From an uncultured Gammaproteobacteria bacterium (GTDB lineage Bacteria > Patescibacteriota > Microgenomatia > Daviesbacterales > UBA10151), in assembly GCA_964422835.1 (NCBI GenBank), contig CAYRCR010000001.1, positions 22,030-86,029 on the forward strand: DNA of 64,000 nt, given 5' to 3'. Both the position numbers and the translations under genes were made by a program. The notes below the pieces were generated by a model that was given only the letters and a program-made list of their open reading frames with translations, ran no database searches and was not told where the DNA came from. Every line of letters begins with the position of its first letter. Position 1 is the first letter of the stretch. Shown in pieces: positions 1 to 9,310 of this stretch.

Positions 1-609
1 TGACAAAATAGGAGAACCATGTGCGTCCCTTTCTTCAGTCAAACCACCTCTGACTCCTTTCAACTGACCATTATAGAATCCTTCCAACCCAAAATAACCC
101 GTTTGTCTCCCTAAGGAATCGGAACCTACAAAACCCAAAATGTGCGCGGCCATTGAAGCTTCAGGATAATATCTTGTGAAACTTAACTCACTTGAGACTC
201 CATTAATTTTAAGCTCATCAATTTGAAGTTTAGTTTCATAAGTTAGATCGTTATCAAGTCCGACCCAAGCAAGGTTTTTTTCAAGTTTATCAAGTAAATC
301 ATTCTTAACATCAAACCGCTCTCTTGGGTCACTTGTAAGTTTTGTGGCTAATTTTAATGCTGCTTCTGCCTTATTTTTGATGATGTTTGGCATTCCGTAT
401 AAAAGATAGGCGGGTCTGCTGGAGGCCAGTATTGATTCGTCAGAAAATAATATTGAACCCCGCTCGCCTTCCAGAGTCCTGCTTGATAAATGTTGAGCAT
501 CAGCACTGGAAGACAGGTCATCAAACCGGACAATCTGCCAATAAAACAGCCGTAGTAATATTAGGGCAAGAGATAAAAAATACACATATTGCAAAAATTT
601 AAGACGCAT
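1..609 (-). CDS. ftsI: Penicillin-binding protein (peptidoglycan D,D-transpeptidase, FtsI/PBP2-like). N-terminal part only; the gene runs off the left edge of the window.
   Basis: Reverse-strand translation from the ATG at 609 gives 'MRLKFLQYVYFLSLALILLRLFYWQIVRF...GERGSILFSDESILASS...YYPEASMAAHILGFVGSDSLGRQTGYFGLEGFYNGQLKGVRGG'. This is a membrane anchor followed by the PBP dimerisation-domain signature. It lies 8 nt downstream of the ftsL-like gene on the same strand. Confidence 0.75.
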   Translation of the reverse strand, partial: MRLKFLQYVYFLSLALILLRLFYWQIVRFDDLSSSADAQHLSSRTLEGERGSILFSDESILASSRPAYLLYGMPNIIKNKAEAALKLATKLTSDPRERFDVKNDLLDKLEKNLAWVGLDNDLTYETKLQIDELKINGVSSELSFTRYYPEASMAAHILGFVGSDSLGRQTGYFGLEGFYNGQLKGVRGGLTEERDAHGSPILS

Positions 610-617
610 TATATTTT

Positions 618-938
618 TTATTTTATATATTCAGGGGTGTTAATTTTCTCAAAACCAAACCCTTTGGCTTTTTCTGACAATTCCAAAAGGGCTGACTTTG
701 ATGCTATGGCATTCTCTAAAACCTTATTTTCAACTTGAAGTTTAAGTTTTGATGCTTTTATTTCGGCAATTTTACCTCCCATAGTAGTAAGCCGGTTAAC
801 TACCCAAAACTGTAAAAAGAAAATAACAAGTACTGCCGCTATAAAAATTTTTAGAGCCAGCGGTAAAAACTTTTCCCAAAACTCATTATTGTTGGTCGAT
901 AAGTACGGCAAAAATACCTCCACTTTCCGATTTACCAC
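618..938 (-). CDS. FtsL/DivIC-like septum formation initiator: single TM helix followed by a coiled coil.
   Basis: 106 aa with TM segment 'LPLALKIFIAAVLVIFFLQFWVV' followed by heptad-like 'IAEIKASKLKLQVENKVLENAIASKSALLELSEKA'. It sits immediately upstream of the PBP gene, as ftsL does relative to ftsI in dcw clusters. Confidence 0.5.
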   Translation of the reverse strand: MVNRKVEVFLPYLSTNNNEFWEKFLPLALKIFIAAVLVIFFLQFWVVNRLTTMGGKIAEIKASKLKLQVENKVLENAIASKSALLELSEKAKGFGFEKINTPEYIK

Positions 939-1725
939 TTACTTTATCACCGGAAGCGCTGGTCTCAAGCGCTACCCATTCATTTTTGCCATCATCGAAA
1001 CGGAAAAGTTTTCCAGATTCCGATGGGGCTTCCGATAATTCCAAGGTAATCTCCCCCTCGGGCAAATTTTTAGCCAAAGGGACGTTGACAGTATAGACTT
1101 TCCCAAAAACAGCTTTTCCGGGCAAAAGCTTAGGCGCACCAGTTAAGTCATTTATAATGGAGAAGCCTATTTTAGTTAAGGATGAATCCTGGGGATTTAT
1201 ATTATATGCAAAATGGCCATCGCCTGATACAAGCTTACCCAGTACCACATCAGGCTTTTGCAGCCTCCACTGGGTAATCATCCTGAAGGCTTCACTACCT
1301 TTCCTGATATGCAAGATAAGAGTACCGTTTTCCACATCTTTGTCATATTTACAGACATTTTTACTGCAAGTGCCGAATAATATTTCCTGCTCGTACTCCC
1401 CTTTTTTCTCTTCGGCATTTATCTCACCCATTACCCCCCGGTCAATACCTTCTGAATTATAGGCCAGTTCGTAAGAAATTTTGTCATAGGAGGCGGTTCT
1501 TTTTAAATTCAGGATCAGGGCATTACCATCCCGGCGGGGTGTTAAAATAGCAAAAGGACCTTCAGGGTCAAATGACAAGTCTATTTCATCAACTGCTACT
1601 TCTGAAATATCAGAGATCATGAATCTCTGATATACAAAAAAACCACCTAAAGCCAAAAGCAAAACCATACCCGTTAAGATGATCGTAGTTTTTTGCCTGA
1701 CAATACTTCTAAGAGCGATGGGCAT
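886..1725 (-). CDS. Hypothetical membrane-anchored protein: N-terminal TM helix and an approximately 240 aa extracytoplasmic domain.
   Basis: 279 aa ORF with one N-terminal hydrophobic helix 'TIILTGMVLLLALGGFFVY' and no motif I recognise. It overlaps the start of the ftsL-like ORF by 53 nt. Confidence 0.5.
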   Translation of the reverse strand: MPIALRSIVRQKTTIILTGMVLLLALGGFFVYQRFMISDISEVAVDEIDLSFDPEGPFAILTPRRDGNALILNLKRTASYDKISYELAYNSEGIDRGVMGEINAEEKKGEYEQEILFGTCSKNVCKYDKDVENGTLILHIRKGSEAFRMITQWRLQKPDVVLGKLVSGDGHFAYNINPQDSSLTKIGFSIINDLTGAPKLLPGKAVFGKVYTVNVPLAKNLPEGEITLELSEAPSESGKLFRFDDGKNEWVALETSASGDKVSGKSESGGIFAVLIDQQ

Positions 1726-2056
1726 AATCTAAAGGCTGGATAATAATTATATTCTTTTCTAAATCCTCAAGAGTACTGGTTTTTTTTGTACCAAAGGGCA
1801 TAGTCACGATAAATTGAGCATTACTACCAGGAAAAAAACCATCCAACTCTGTGCGACAACAAATCCTACATCTTCCGGGAGCCCATAATTTTTCTTCGTC
1901 CGGTATCCTTCTGCATTCCTGCACATGCATATATGCTTCTTTGGAAGTATTAAATGGGCCACAACAATGAGTATGGTTTATAACAGCAAAAGGAGCATCA
2001 CCGATATTTTTCCCTGTCCTATCATCGAAAATATCAGATTCTTTATTGTTAGCCAT
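1709..2056 (-). CDS. Small Cys-rich hypothetical protein, possibly metal-binding.
   Basis: 115 aa with six Cys in a 'HTHCCGP...QECRR...GRCRICCR' arrangement. No family recognised. Confidence 0.4.
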   Translation of the reverse strand: MANNKESDIFDDRTGKNIGDAPFAVINHTHCCGPFNTSKEAYMHVQECRRIPDEEKLWAPGRCRICCRTELDGFFPGSNAQFIVTMPFGTKKTSTLEDLEKNIIIIQPLDYAHRS

Positions 2057-3431
2057 AAATTCTTTTCCTTAAGTATTGTTTTAGCTCACTAATTTTAACT
2101 CGTTCCTGCTTAGCATTATCCCGATCACGGACTGTGACCATTTCGTCTTCTAAACTTTGGAAATCGATTGTCACACAAAAAGGGGTACCAATTTCATCCT
2201 GCGAGGCATATCTTCCCCCAATATTTCCCCTCATGTCCCACGCTACCATAAAATCCTTTTGAAGGTCAATATAGATTTTTCTAGCTTTCTCAACCAGCTC
2301 CGGTTTATTGGCAAGGAGAGGAAAAACTGCCACCTTAAATGGTACAATCTTTGGGTGCAGCTTCAAAATAACCCGGCCATTTTCCTCGCTGTAAGCATCA
2401 AGCAGGAAAAATAAAAGCGAACGGTCAATTCCCAATGATGATTCAATATCCCAGGGTAAAAACTCTTCCCCTGTTTCCGGGTCTTTGTATTTGAGATTTT
2501 TTCCGCTTGCTTTTTGATGGTTGGTAAGGTCAAAGTCGCCCCGGTGATGCACCCCCATAAATTCCGCCCATCCCCAGGGGGATAAATATTCCAAATCACA
2601 AGCTGCCCGGGCATAATGGGCACGCTCATCTGCTTTATGATCTTCAAACCTCAAGTTTTTCTTTTTAATTCCAAGGCTCGTAAACCACTCCATCCAAAAA
2701 TTCTTCCAATATTCAAACCATTTTACTCCTTCATTATCTTCCGGTTTAATAAAATATTGAACTTCCATTTGCTCAAATTCACGTGAGCGGAAAGTAAAAT
2801 TACCCGGAGTTATTTCATTACGGAAGGCTTTTCCGACTTGAGCCACACCAAAAGGAATTCTTATACGTGTTGAATCCAAAACGTTTTTGAAATTAACATG
2901 CACTCCCTGGGTAATTTCTCCCCGGAGATAAATTTCAGATTGCTCTCCCTCTATTACACCTAAATAAGCCTTAACAAGCAAATTGAAATTTTTTGGTTGG
3001 GTAAAATGATGTTGTCCCTCTGGGCTACGAGCGCAAATTAACATCTCTTTTTCTCTATCTGATAGTGAAATTGAACCTGGTAAGGCTGAAGATTTTTTTC
3101 TGAGTTTTGACTGAACTTCATCTACATGATCAGCTCTGAATCTTTTATTACAAAAGTTACATTCAACCAGAGGATCACTAAATGCTTCTGTGTGCCCCGA
3201 GGCCTCCCAAGCTCGTGGATTCATCATGATGGCCGCATCCACGCCCACTACGTCATCACGCATCTGCACCGTATCTTTCCACCACAAATCCTTGAGGTTT
3301 TTTTTAAGTTCCGCGCCCGCAGGACCGTAGTCCCAAGTGCCGGAAAGTCCCCCGTAAATTTCCGAACCGGGATAAATAAATCCCCGGCGTTTGCATAAGG
3401 CTACTATTTTTTCCAATAGATTATTGTCCAT
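2049..3431 (-). CDS. glyQS: Glycine--tRNA ligase, alpha2 homodimeric type.
   Basis: 460 aa; N-terminus 'LCKRRGFIYPGSEIYGGLSGTWDYGPAGAELKKNL...WEASGHTEAFSDPLVEC', and class II motifs such as 'FRNEITPGNFTFRSREFEQME', are typical of GlyRS. Confidence 0.9.
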   Translation of the reverse strand: MDNNLLEKIVALCKRRGFIYPGSEIYGGLSGTWDYGPAGAELKKNLKDLWWKDTVQMRDDVVGVDAAIMMNPRAWEASGHTEAFSDPLVECNFCNKRFRADHVDEVQSKLRKKSSALPGSISLSDREKEMLICARSPEGQHHFTQPKNFNLLVKAYLGVIEGEQSEIYLRGEITQGVHVNFKNVLDSTRIRIPFGVAQVGKAFRNEITPGNFTFRSREFEQMEVQYFIKPEDNEGVKWFEYWKNFWMEWFTSLGIKKKNLRFEDHKADERAHYARAACDLEYLSPWGWAEFMGVHHRGDFDLTNHQKASGKNLKYKDPETGEEFLPWDIESSLGIDRSLLFFLLDAYSEENGRVILKLHPKIVPFKVAVFPLLANKPELVEKARKIYIDLQKDFMVAWDMRGNIGGRYASQDEIGTPFCVTIDFQSLEDEMVTVRDRDNAKQERVKISELKQYLRKRIYG

Positions 3432-3435
3432 AATA

Positions 3436-4104
3436 TCACTTCACAAGATCCGCAAGCACTTTAAGTGACCTTAATTTGCTTTCAAGGATCTTTTCTATAT
3501 AATATCTTAAAATCTTTTCCAGTGCCAGAGCCTGACTTTTATTCATCTCCATTTGAGCTATTTCTTGCCAGGTTCCTTTTTGCAGTTTTTCCAAAATCAC
3601 CCCAATCTCCTCCGCCGATGGCGGGTCAAGCTCAACTTGATTTAATGACCAAAAGCCCAATAATGATAATAATTTTACTTCAAATGCCCGGATAAAAATT
3701 TGCCTTGGGTTTTTTTCTAAAAGCTCTAAAGTAGCAGATAAAAGTTGATATATGGCCGGATTTGGTTGTCCTTCCGGTAAAAATCTTTCTGAAAGTTCTG
3801 CTAAGTGCGAACCGTAAGTTGACATAATAAGATCATTTTTAATTTTGGGAAAAGTTAAAAGGGCTTCTGCTTCCGTTAAAATCTCCATGCCTTTTCCCTG
3901 AAAAATCTGCAGTTTGACTTTATTTAAAACTTCCACATTCCCTGCCCGCCTTGAGGTAATTCTCCTCACTCCCTTGGCAATAACCCTAATTTTCCCCTTG
4001 TATGGAGTAATTATTGTCAGGATTCTATCAGCTTCCCCAAAATTTGATCTTTTTACAATAATCCCCTCTGTGGTAAAAGTCGGCATAACAAGTTGATTAT
4101 ACAC
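3436..4104 (-). CDS. recO: DNA repair protein RecO.
   Basis: 222 aa; 'TEGIIVKRSNFGEADRILTIITPYKGKIRVIAKG' is the RecO N-terminal OB-fold signature. recO next to glyQS is a common bacterial arrangement. Confidence 0.85.
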   Translation of the reverse strand: MYNQLVMPTFTTEGIIVKRSNFGEADRILTIITPYKGKIRVIAKGVRRITSRRAGNVEVLNKVKLQIFQGKGMEILTEAEALLTFPKIKNDLIMSTYGSHLAELSERFLPEGQPNPAIYQLLSATLELLEKNPRQIFIRAFEVKLLSLLGFWSLNQVELDPPSAEEIGVILEKLQKGTWQEIAQMEMNKSQALALEKILRYYIEKILESKLRSLKVLADLVK

Positions 4105-4135
4105 GCCCTTAAGAAGCTTATGATACTTAAGATGC

Positions 4136-4735
4136 TTATGATTTCCGGATATATGCTAGGACACCCTGAACAAGTTGGCCAAAATTGCCTTTGTTTTCAA
4201 TTTCTAAACTACCTTCTGGGAGACATGCCTTACAAACTGGTTCGTGTTCGTCATACCACCGGGCCAAAGATGCCGGAGAGCCCAGATCTTTGTGTTGATC
4301 ATAAGGAGAATTCCTTTCCGTCATTTGTTTCCATAAAAGATTGGGTGCAGCTGTTAAACGAACGACTCTAAGGATAGCTCCGCGTTTTAAAGCTAAATCC
4401 CGATATAAATTGCACCATCCATTAGATTGAATTGTTTTTTCAAAAGAGGCATCGACTAGGACTGTGCCTGTTTGAATACATTTACTAACCTCCTCAAAAA
4501 GCTTTTGGTAAACTAAATCTCGATATTTTTTAAGATACTCCTGCCCTCTTTCAGCAGTAAATGAATCGGCAATATCATCCTTACAGATAGTGCGGGTATT
4601 AAGAAAATCTACCAAACCTCCTTTCCTAAATCCATTTAGCCCCAATCCCAAAATCAAACTCGATTTACCAACCCCACCCACACCCGTGATAAGAACTAAC
4701 CTGTGTGGATCCAAAGTTTGTTTCTGTATTTCCAT
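4136..4735 (-). CDS. P-loop NTPase / putative kinase (AAA_33-like).
   Basis: Walker A motif 'ITGVGGVGKSS' near the N-terminus; 199 aa. No further specific family recognised. Confidence 0.5.
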   Translation of the reverse strand: MEIQKQTLDPHRLVLITGVGGVGKSSLILGLGLNGFRKGGLVDFLNTRTICKDDIADSFTAERGQEYLKKYRDLVYQKLFEEVSKCIQTGTVLVDASFEKTIQSNGWCNLYRDLALKRGAILRVVRLTAAPNLLWKQMTERNSPYDQHKDLGSPASLARWYDEHEPVCKACLPEGSLEIENKGNFGQLVQGVLAYIRKS

Positions 4736-4738
4736 GGA

Positions 4739-6640
4739 TTAAAGCGGCAAATCGAGGTTTTTGTCAGAACTCAAGTCAAATTGGGCCTTGGTAGAACCGT
4801 TTATTTTAACAGTGTATTTAAAATCCTTAGCTCCGGGTTGTTTTTGGATTAGCAAAGGATAATTTTTACCCGCCACATTATCAGGCAGAGTGTATTCAAC
4901 TTGCAAAGTTCTTGAATTTTGGGGTCTAACCTGCACAAAAGCCTCGAAATATGTTTTATTTAATCCCTCGTCAACTTGTGTTGTTACAGGATCATCCGAA
5001 CCCTTTGAAGACACAAGTTTTGCTCCTCTTGGAACATAAATCCTGACATAATCGCGTAAAATCCCATTAAGCCAGGTATTAAAAGGCTGAGGATTTTTAT
5101 ATTCAATAGTAACTTTGTTCGTGGTAGCCCCATCATTTCCCGCCTTAATATCCAGTGTTACTTTTTCTTCAACATAAAGATTGGACTTGCCTCCGGCAAA
5201 ATTAGAATCATTAATATGCAGATAATCCCCATCAAAAGGTTTAATTTGTCCTGTCCAATTTAGTTTAGAAAGTGCAGCCTGGGAAGATGAGTCATTTAAA
5301 TAAACCATAATATGTTTGTCGTTAGCCAATTTGACCATATTATTTATTACAATAGGAAGTTTATCAGGCCCCGCTGATAACATTTTGGCTAAAATTTGCT
5401 GCATCAGCGTCCCAAGTATAGCTTTTCTATCCTCTTCCCCTTTAGAAGCTACTTCCGCGTAGTGCTCAAGCTCATAAATGACATTCGGGCAATTACAACG
5501 CCCATCGCGCTCCGCGCTGTATTTGGTACCAAAAATATCAACCGGGCCGGTAATTTCAATCAATTCCTCCACCACTTGTGTATCAATATAAATAATCCCG
5601 TCAAACGGTATGCCTTCTCCTAAAAGATCATACATGCTTTCAAATTGCTTAGCCGCAGTTGGAACATCAGGAGAAATATTAGAATCACGCATGGACCAGG
5701 CCGAGCGGGGTTTTCCGGATACCTCGGGCAAATATTTAACAATCGGAGCAGGCGGAGAAAGTGGGCAAATTTTCTTTTCGCAGACTTTAAGAAGCTTTTC
5801 GTCCAATCTGTAAATATCATCTGATGTTGTAGTAGACAGATGACCCTTATCAAGAGTGAGAAATGCAAAAGCTGTAATAAATCCTCCAGTCGGCCTTATC
5901 TCTTTATCGTTTTGGAAGAGAATCAAATAATTTTTCGGGGAATCCTGTCCCAAAGTTTTAGGAGCAATCAATAAGGCATCTTTACCCTCGGATATTGCAA
6001 CATCTGCACCAATAATGAAATTCCGGGCAGTTTCTACTAAATCCTTTACCCTTTTTCCTTTGAATTCTTCAGGGTATTTCCCTGCGTCAATACTTTTTAC
6101 TTCCTCACCGGCTCTTTTCAGGTCATCTTCAATAGAATCAACATGTGGCAGGGTTTTATCAAGAATTTTAACAACTTGGGCAATTTTATCTTGCCCCGGC
6201 GTCGGGCTGCCGGTAAACCCAAGTTCGTCCTTATATGGCTCAAGTATTAAGACAATTTTCTGGCCGGCGCTAAGCTCATACGAGGCTGCAGACACAAAAT
6301 GGGAAACATCTGATATATACCCGCCTATAAAGGGAGCCACCCTTAACCAGGTTAAAAACTTGAGTGATAGGTTCAACTTATCAACTGCGGATTTTGTTTT
6401 ATTTATCCCTGTTTTAACAACATCAAGATTCTCCTGCTTTGCGCCTTCTGAGATTATTTTGGCCCCGGCTATAGTCTCTCTGACAAAATAAGCGCTGGCA
6501 ATACCAGGTAACCCAATCGTTAAGGTCAGGAGCAGAAAAATTACTAACAGACGTCTTTTTGCTTTTCCGTTACCTTTACTTTTAAATTTCCGCAATGTAA
6601 GGTTGTTATTCAATTTTTTATTTAAATTCATCATTGCCAT
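4739..6640 (-). CDS. DUF4012 domain-containing membrane-anchored protein.
   Basis: 633 aa with an N-terminal basic stretch plus TM ('RRLLVIFLLLTLTIGLPGIASA') and the conserved 'EIRPTGGFI' motif that I associate with DUF4012. This family characteristically neighbours polyprenyl-phosphate sugar-phosphate transferases. Confidence 0.6.
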   Translation of the reverse strand: MAMMNLNKKLNNNLTLRKFKSKGNGKAKRRLLVIFLLLTLTIGLPGIASAYFVRETIAGAKIISEGAKQENLDVVKTGINKTKSAVDKLNLSLKFLTWLRVAPFIGGYISDVSHFVSAASYELSAGQKIVLILEPYKDELGFTGSPTPGQDKIAQVVKILDKTLPHVDSIEDDLKRAGEEVKSIDAGKYPEEFKGKRVKDLVETARNFIIGADVAISEGKDALLIAPKTLGQDSPKNYLILFQNDKEIRPTGGFITAFAFLTLDKGHLSTTTSDDIYRLDEKLLKVCEKKICPLSPPAPIVKYLPEVSGKPRSAWSMRDSNISPDVPTAAKQFESMYDLLGEGIPFDGIIYIDTQVVEELIEITGPVDIFGTKYSAERDGRCNCPNVIYELEHYAEVASKGEEDRKAILGTLMQQILAKMLSAGPDKLPIVINNMVKLANDKHIMVYLNDSSSQAALSKLNWTGQIKPFDGDYLHINDSNFAGGKSNLYVEEKVTLDIKAGNDGATTNKVTIEYKNPQPFNTWLNGILRDYVRIYVPRGAKLVSSKGSDDPVTTQVDEGLNKTYFEAFVQVRPQNSRTLQVEYTLPDNVAGKNYPLLIQKQPGAKDFKYTVKINGSTKAQFDLSSDKNLDLPL

Positions 6641-6643
6641 AAT

Positions 6644-7288
6644 TTATACAGCCCCCCTGCCAAATATTACAGCCGGGACAGTCCTTAAAAGAAGCCAAAG
6701 GTCATAAATAATTGATTTTTTTTCAACATACAAAGCATCCATTTCCACCCTTTTATCAAAATTAATTGCCGATCTTCCCGATGTCTGCCAAACACCGGTC
6801 AAGCCTGGTTTTGATGTAAGTATTATTTTAACAAATTTTCCGGTACCGGGGAAGTTAACCTGCTGCTCTTCCAGCTCATACGAGTAATAGGCACGGGGCC
6901 CAACTAAACTCATTTCGCCCTTTAAAATATTAAAAAGTTGCGGAAGCTCATCAATCGAGGTTTTACGGATAAACTTTCCGATACGGGTTATACGCGGATC
7001 TTCGTCAATGGCAAGTTTATAGCTATTTTGCTGATATTTTTTTAAGAGGTTTTTGTATCTTGGGTCACGGTGCAAAAGATCATGAGCCCCTACTACCATA
7101 GAACGGAATTTATACATGCGGAAAAGTTTGCCTCCCTCCCCAACTCTCATTGGGGTATCAGCCAAAATTGATCCTTTTGAAACAATTTTTATTAAAATGG
7201 CAATCAATAAAAATAATGGTGAGAGCAGTGTAATTCCTATGGTTGAACCTATTAAATCCAGAATCCGTTTTAAAAATTTATATATCAC
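6644..7288 (-). CDS. Bacterial sugar transferase (WbaP/CpsE/WcaJ family, short form): the priming polyprenyl-phosphate hexose-1-phosphate transferase.
   Basis: 214 aa with 'KFRSM...[21 protein letters not shown]' and '[12 protein letters not shown]', the hallmark motifs of the polyisoprenyl-phosphate glycosylphosphotransferase C-terminal domain. Confidence 0.85.
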   Translation of the reverse strand: MIYKFLKRILDLIGSTIGITLLSPLFLLIAILIKIVSKGSILADTPMRVGEGGKLFRMYKFRSMVVGAHDLLHRDPRYKNLLKKYQQNSYKLAIDEDPRITRIGKFIRKTSIDELPQLFNILKGEMSLVGPRAYYSYELEEQQVNFPGTGKFVKIILTSKPGLTGVWQTSGRSAINFDKRVEMDALYVEKKSIIYDLWLLLRTVPAVIFGRGAV

Positions 7289-8358
7289 AAATTTAAGATT
7301 AAGTTTTGGAATTCATTGTAAAATCTTTCCTTTGAAAATCTTTTGGCATTCTCTTTGCATCTTTTTTGATTATATCCTTTTTTGTAAAGCTTCTCCAAGG
7401 CATCACATAAACTCTCAACAGTTTGTTCATAAAAAAAATAGCCGGTACATCCATCAATCACGGTTTCTAAAGCCCCCCCTTTACCAAATGCAATGACAGG
7501 CTTACCTAAAGCCTGTGCCTCCAAAGACACTATCCCAAAATCCTCTTCTCCTGTAACCAGAACAGCTTTACACCCAAGTAGAAGGTGGGCCAACATCTCA
7601 TCATCAACTGTCCCCAGCAGTTCAACCTTTTGTTTTCCAAGCGTGGCTAACCGCTCCAATTCCGGTCCCTTACCCACCACTTTTACAGGAATATTGAGTT
7701 TCTCTGATGCCAATATTGCCAGGTCTGCCCTTTTATATTTATTCAAACGTGAAATTACCAAAAGGTAATCTCCCTCGTACCCTCCAAAATAACCAAATTT
7801 ATCCATATCAACAAATGGGTAAATAATCATTGACTCTGCATTATAAATTTGTTTAATTCTTTCCTGGGCATTCTTTGATCCCGCAATCCAATAATCTACC
7901 CGGCCGGAAGAAATCCTATCATATTGTTTCAGGAATTTTAAATATGGTTGAAGTAAAAAAGGGGTTTTTTCATCAGAAAAATTCCACAGGAACCTTGGCG
8001 GAGTATGGCAATAACAAATATGTTTTGTTTCAGGTCTGGTGATTATGCTTTTGGCAAAGCGTGTGGTCTGGGAAAGGACAATGTCAAATGCGGAAAAATC
8101 AAACTGCTCAAAAGCTAAAGGATAGAGCGGCAAAAATGCCCTGTAAAGGCTTCTCCAGCCGGGAATTTTTTGCATAAAAGAGGTAATAATTATTTTGGAA
8201 TTAAAGTATTTTTTTATCAAGGGATTTGTAAAATCCATTACAGATGTGTAAATTGGTGCTCTGGGAAATACCTCCGATAGGGAGAGTAAAAGTTTCTCGG
8301 CTCCACCCCATTGAACTAAATCATCATGTACAAGTGCGATCTTTAAATTTTTACTCAT
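7285..8358 (-). CDS. Glycosyltransferase family 4 (GT-B, retaining).
   Basis: 'KIALVHDDLVQWGGAEKLL' N-terminus and C-terminal 'GEEDFGIVSLEAQALGKPVIA' (the EX7E-like GT4 motif). The ORF track gives the start as 8400; I favour the internal Met of 'MSKNLKIALV' at 8358. That leaves a 40-bp divergent gap to rsmH. Confidence 0.8.
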   Translation of the reverse strand: MSKNLKIALVHDDLVQWGGAEKLLLSLSEVFPRAPIYTSVMDFTNPLIKKYFNSKIIITSFMQKIPGWRSLYRAFLPLYPLAFEQFDFSAFDIVLSQTTRFAKSIITRPETKHICYCHTPPRFLWNFSDEKTPFLLQPYLKFLKQYDRISSGRVDYWIAGSKNAQERIKQIYNAESMIIYPFVDMDKFGYFGGYEGDYLLVISRLNKYKRADLAILASEKLNIPVKVVGKGPELERLATLGKQKVELLGTVDDEMLAHLLLGCKAVLVTGEEDFGIVSLEAQALGKPVIAFGKGGALETVIDGCTGYFFYEQTVESLCDALEKLYKKGYNQKRCKENAKRFSKERFYNEFQNLILNL

Positions 8359-8398
8359 AAACTTGTCCATTGTACCAAAAACATGAGAAAATAAGACC

Positions 8399-9310
8399 AT
8401 GCGTGATTATCATACGCCGGTTATGCTGGCAGAAGTTCTGAGATACATACATATTAAAAAGGGGTTTTGGTACATTGATTGCAATTTAGGTGGAGGCGGA
8501 CATACGGAAGGGGTTTTAGAAAAAGGCGGTAAAGTTCTAGGCATTGACCTTGATCCGGAAGCAATTATGGAAGTTGCTCAAAAATACCATCTAAAAACAA
8601 ACATGTTTGAAGGGCGCCTTCAGGCGACATCAGAAAATCTAATCTTATGCCAATCAAATTTTTCCCATTTAAAACTAGTCGTTGAAAAATATAATATTGG
8701 TAGGGTATCAGGAGTATTATTCGATTTGGGTGTCTCTTCACATCAACTAGAGACAACCGAAAGGGGGTTTAGTTTTAATGTTGATGCCCCTTTAGATATG
8801 CGGATGGATCAAAATTACGGGGTAAGCGCGGCCGATCTTATTAATGGCCTGCACGAAAAGGAATTGGCCCAGCTCTTTTGGAAATTCGGCGAAGAACGCT
8901 TTGCCAAAGGAATAGCCAAAAAAATAATCAGAGCCAGGCAGAATAAACCCGTCACAACTACCAACCAGCTAGCCCAAATAATACTCTCCTCAAGACCAAG
9001 GAGCAAAGCCGACAGAACCCACCCAGCCACGCGCGTTTTCCAAGCACTGCGGATTGCGGTCAATGATGAGTTAAATAGTTTAACTGAATCTCTACCCCAA
9101 ACGTTAGACATTTTGGAGCCTGAAGGAAGATTGATTGTAATAAGTTTTCATTCACTGGAAGACAGAATTGTTAAGGACTTTATGAAAAGTGAGGAACAAA
9201 AGTGTTCGATCAAAATAATTACTCAAAAACCAATTGAACCCACAGAAAAAGAGATAGAAGAAAACCCCCGCAGCCGCAGCGGCAAACTGCGCGTAGCAGA
9301 AAAAATCTAG
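8399..9310 (+). CDS. rsmH: 16S rRNA (cytosine1402-N4)-methyltransferase RsmH (MraW).
   Basis: 'DYHTPVMLAEVL...DCNLGGGGHTEGVL' and 'FDLGVSSHQLE...RGFSF' are canonical RsmH motifs; 303 aa. Confidence 0.9.
   Translation: MRDYHTPVMLAEVLRYIHIKKGFWYIDCNLGGGGHTEGVLEKGGKVLGIDLDPEAIMEVAQKYHLKTNMFEGRLQATSENLILCQSNFSHLKLVVEKYNIGRVSGVLFDLGVSSHQLETTERGFSFNVDAPLDMRMDQNYGVSAADLINGLHEKELAQLFWKFGEERFAKGIAKKIIRARQNKPVTTTNQLAQIILSSRPRSKADRTHPATRVFQALRIAVNDELNSLTESLPQTLDILEPEGRLIVISFHSLEDRIVKDFMKSEEQKCSIKIITQKPIEPTEKEIEENPRSRSGKLRVAEKI

Noticed and set aside
387-602. 71-aa plus-strand ORF at the left edge.
   Set aside because: It lies entirely antisense within the much better supported minus-strand PBP/FtsI coding region, and it has no recognisable motif.
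6015-6491. 158-aa plus-strand ORF.
   Set aside because: Antisense to the DUF4012 gene. It has Ser/Leu-rich, low-complexity composition.
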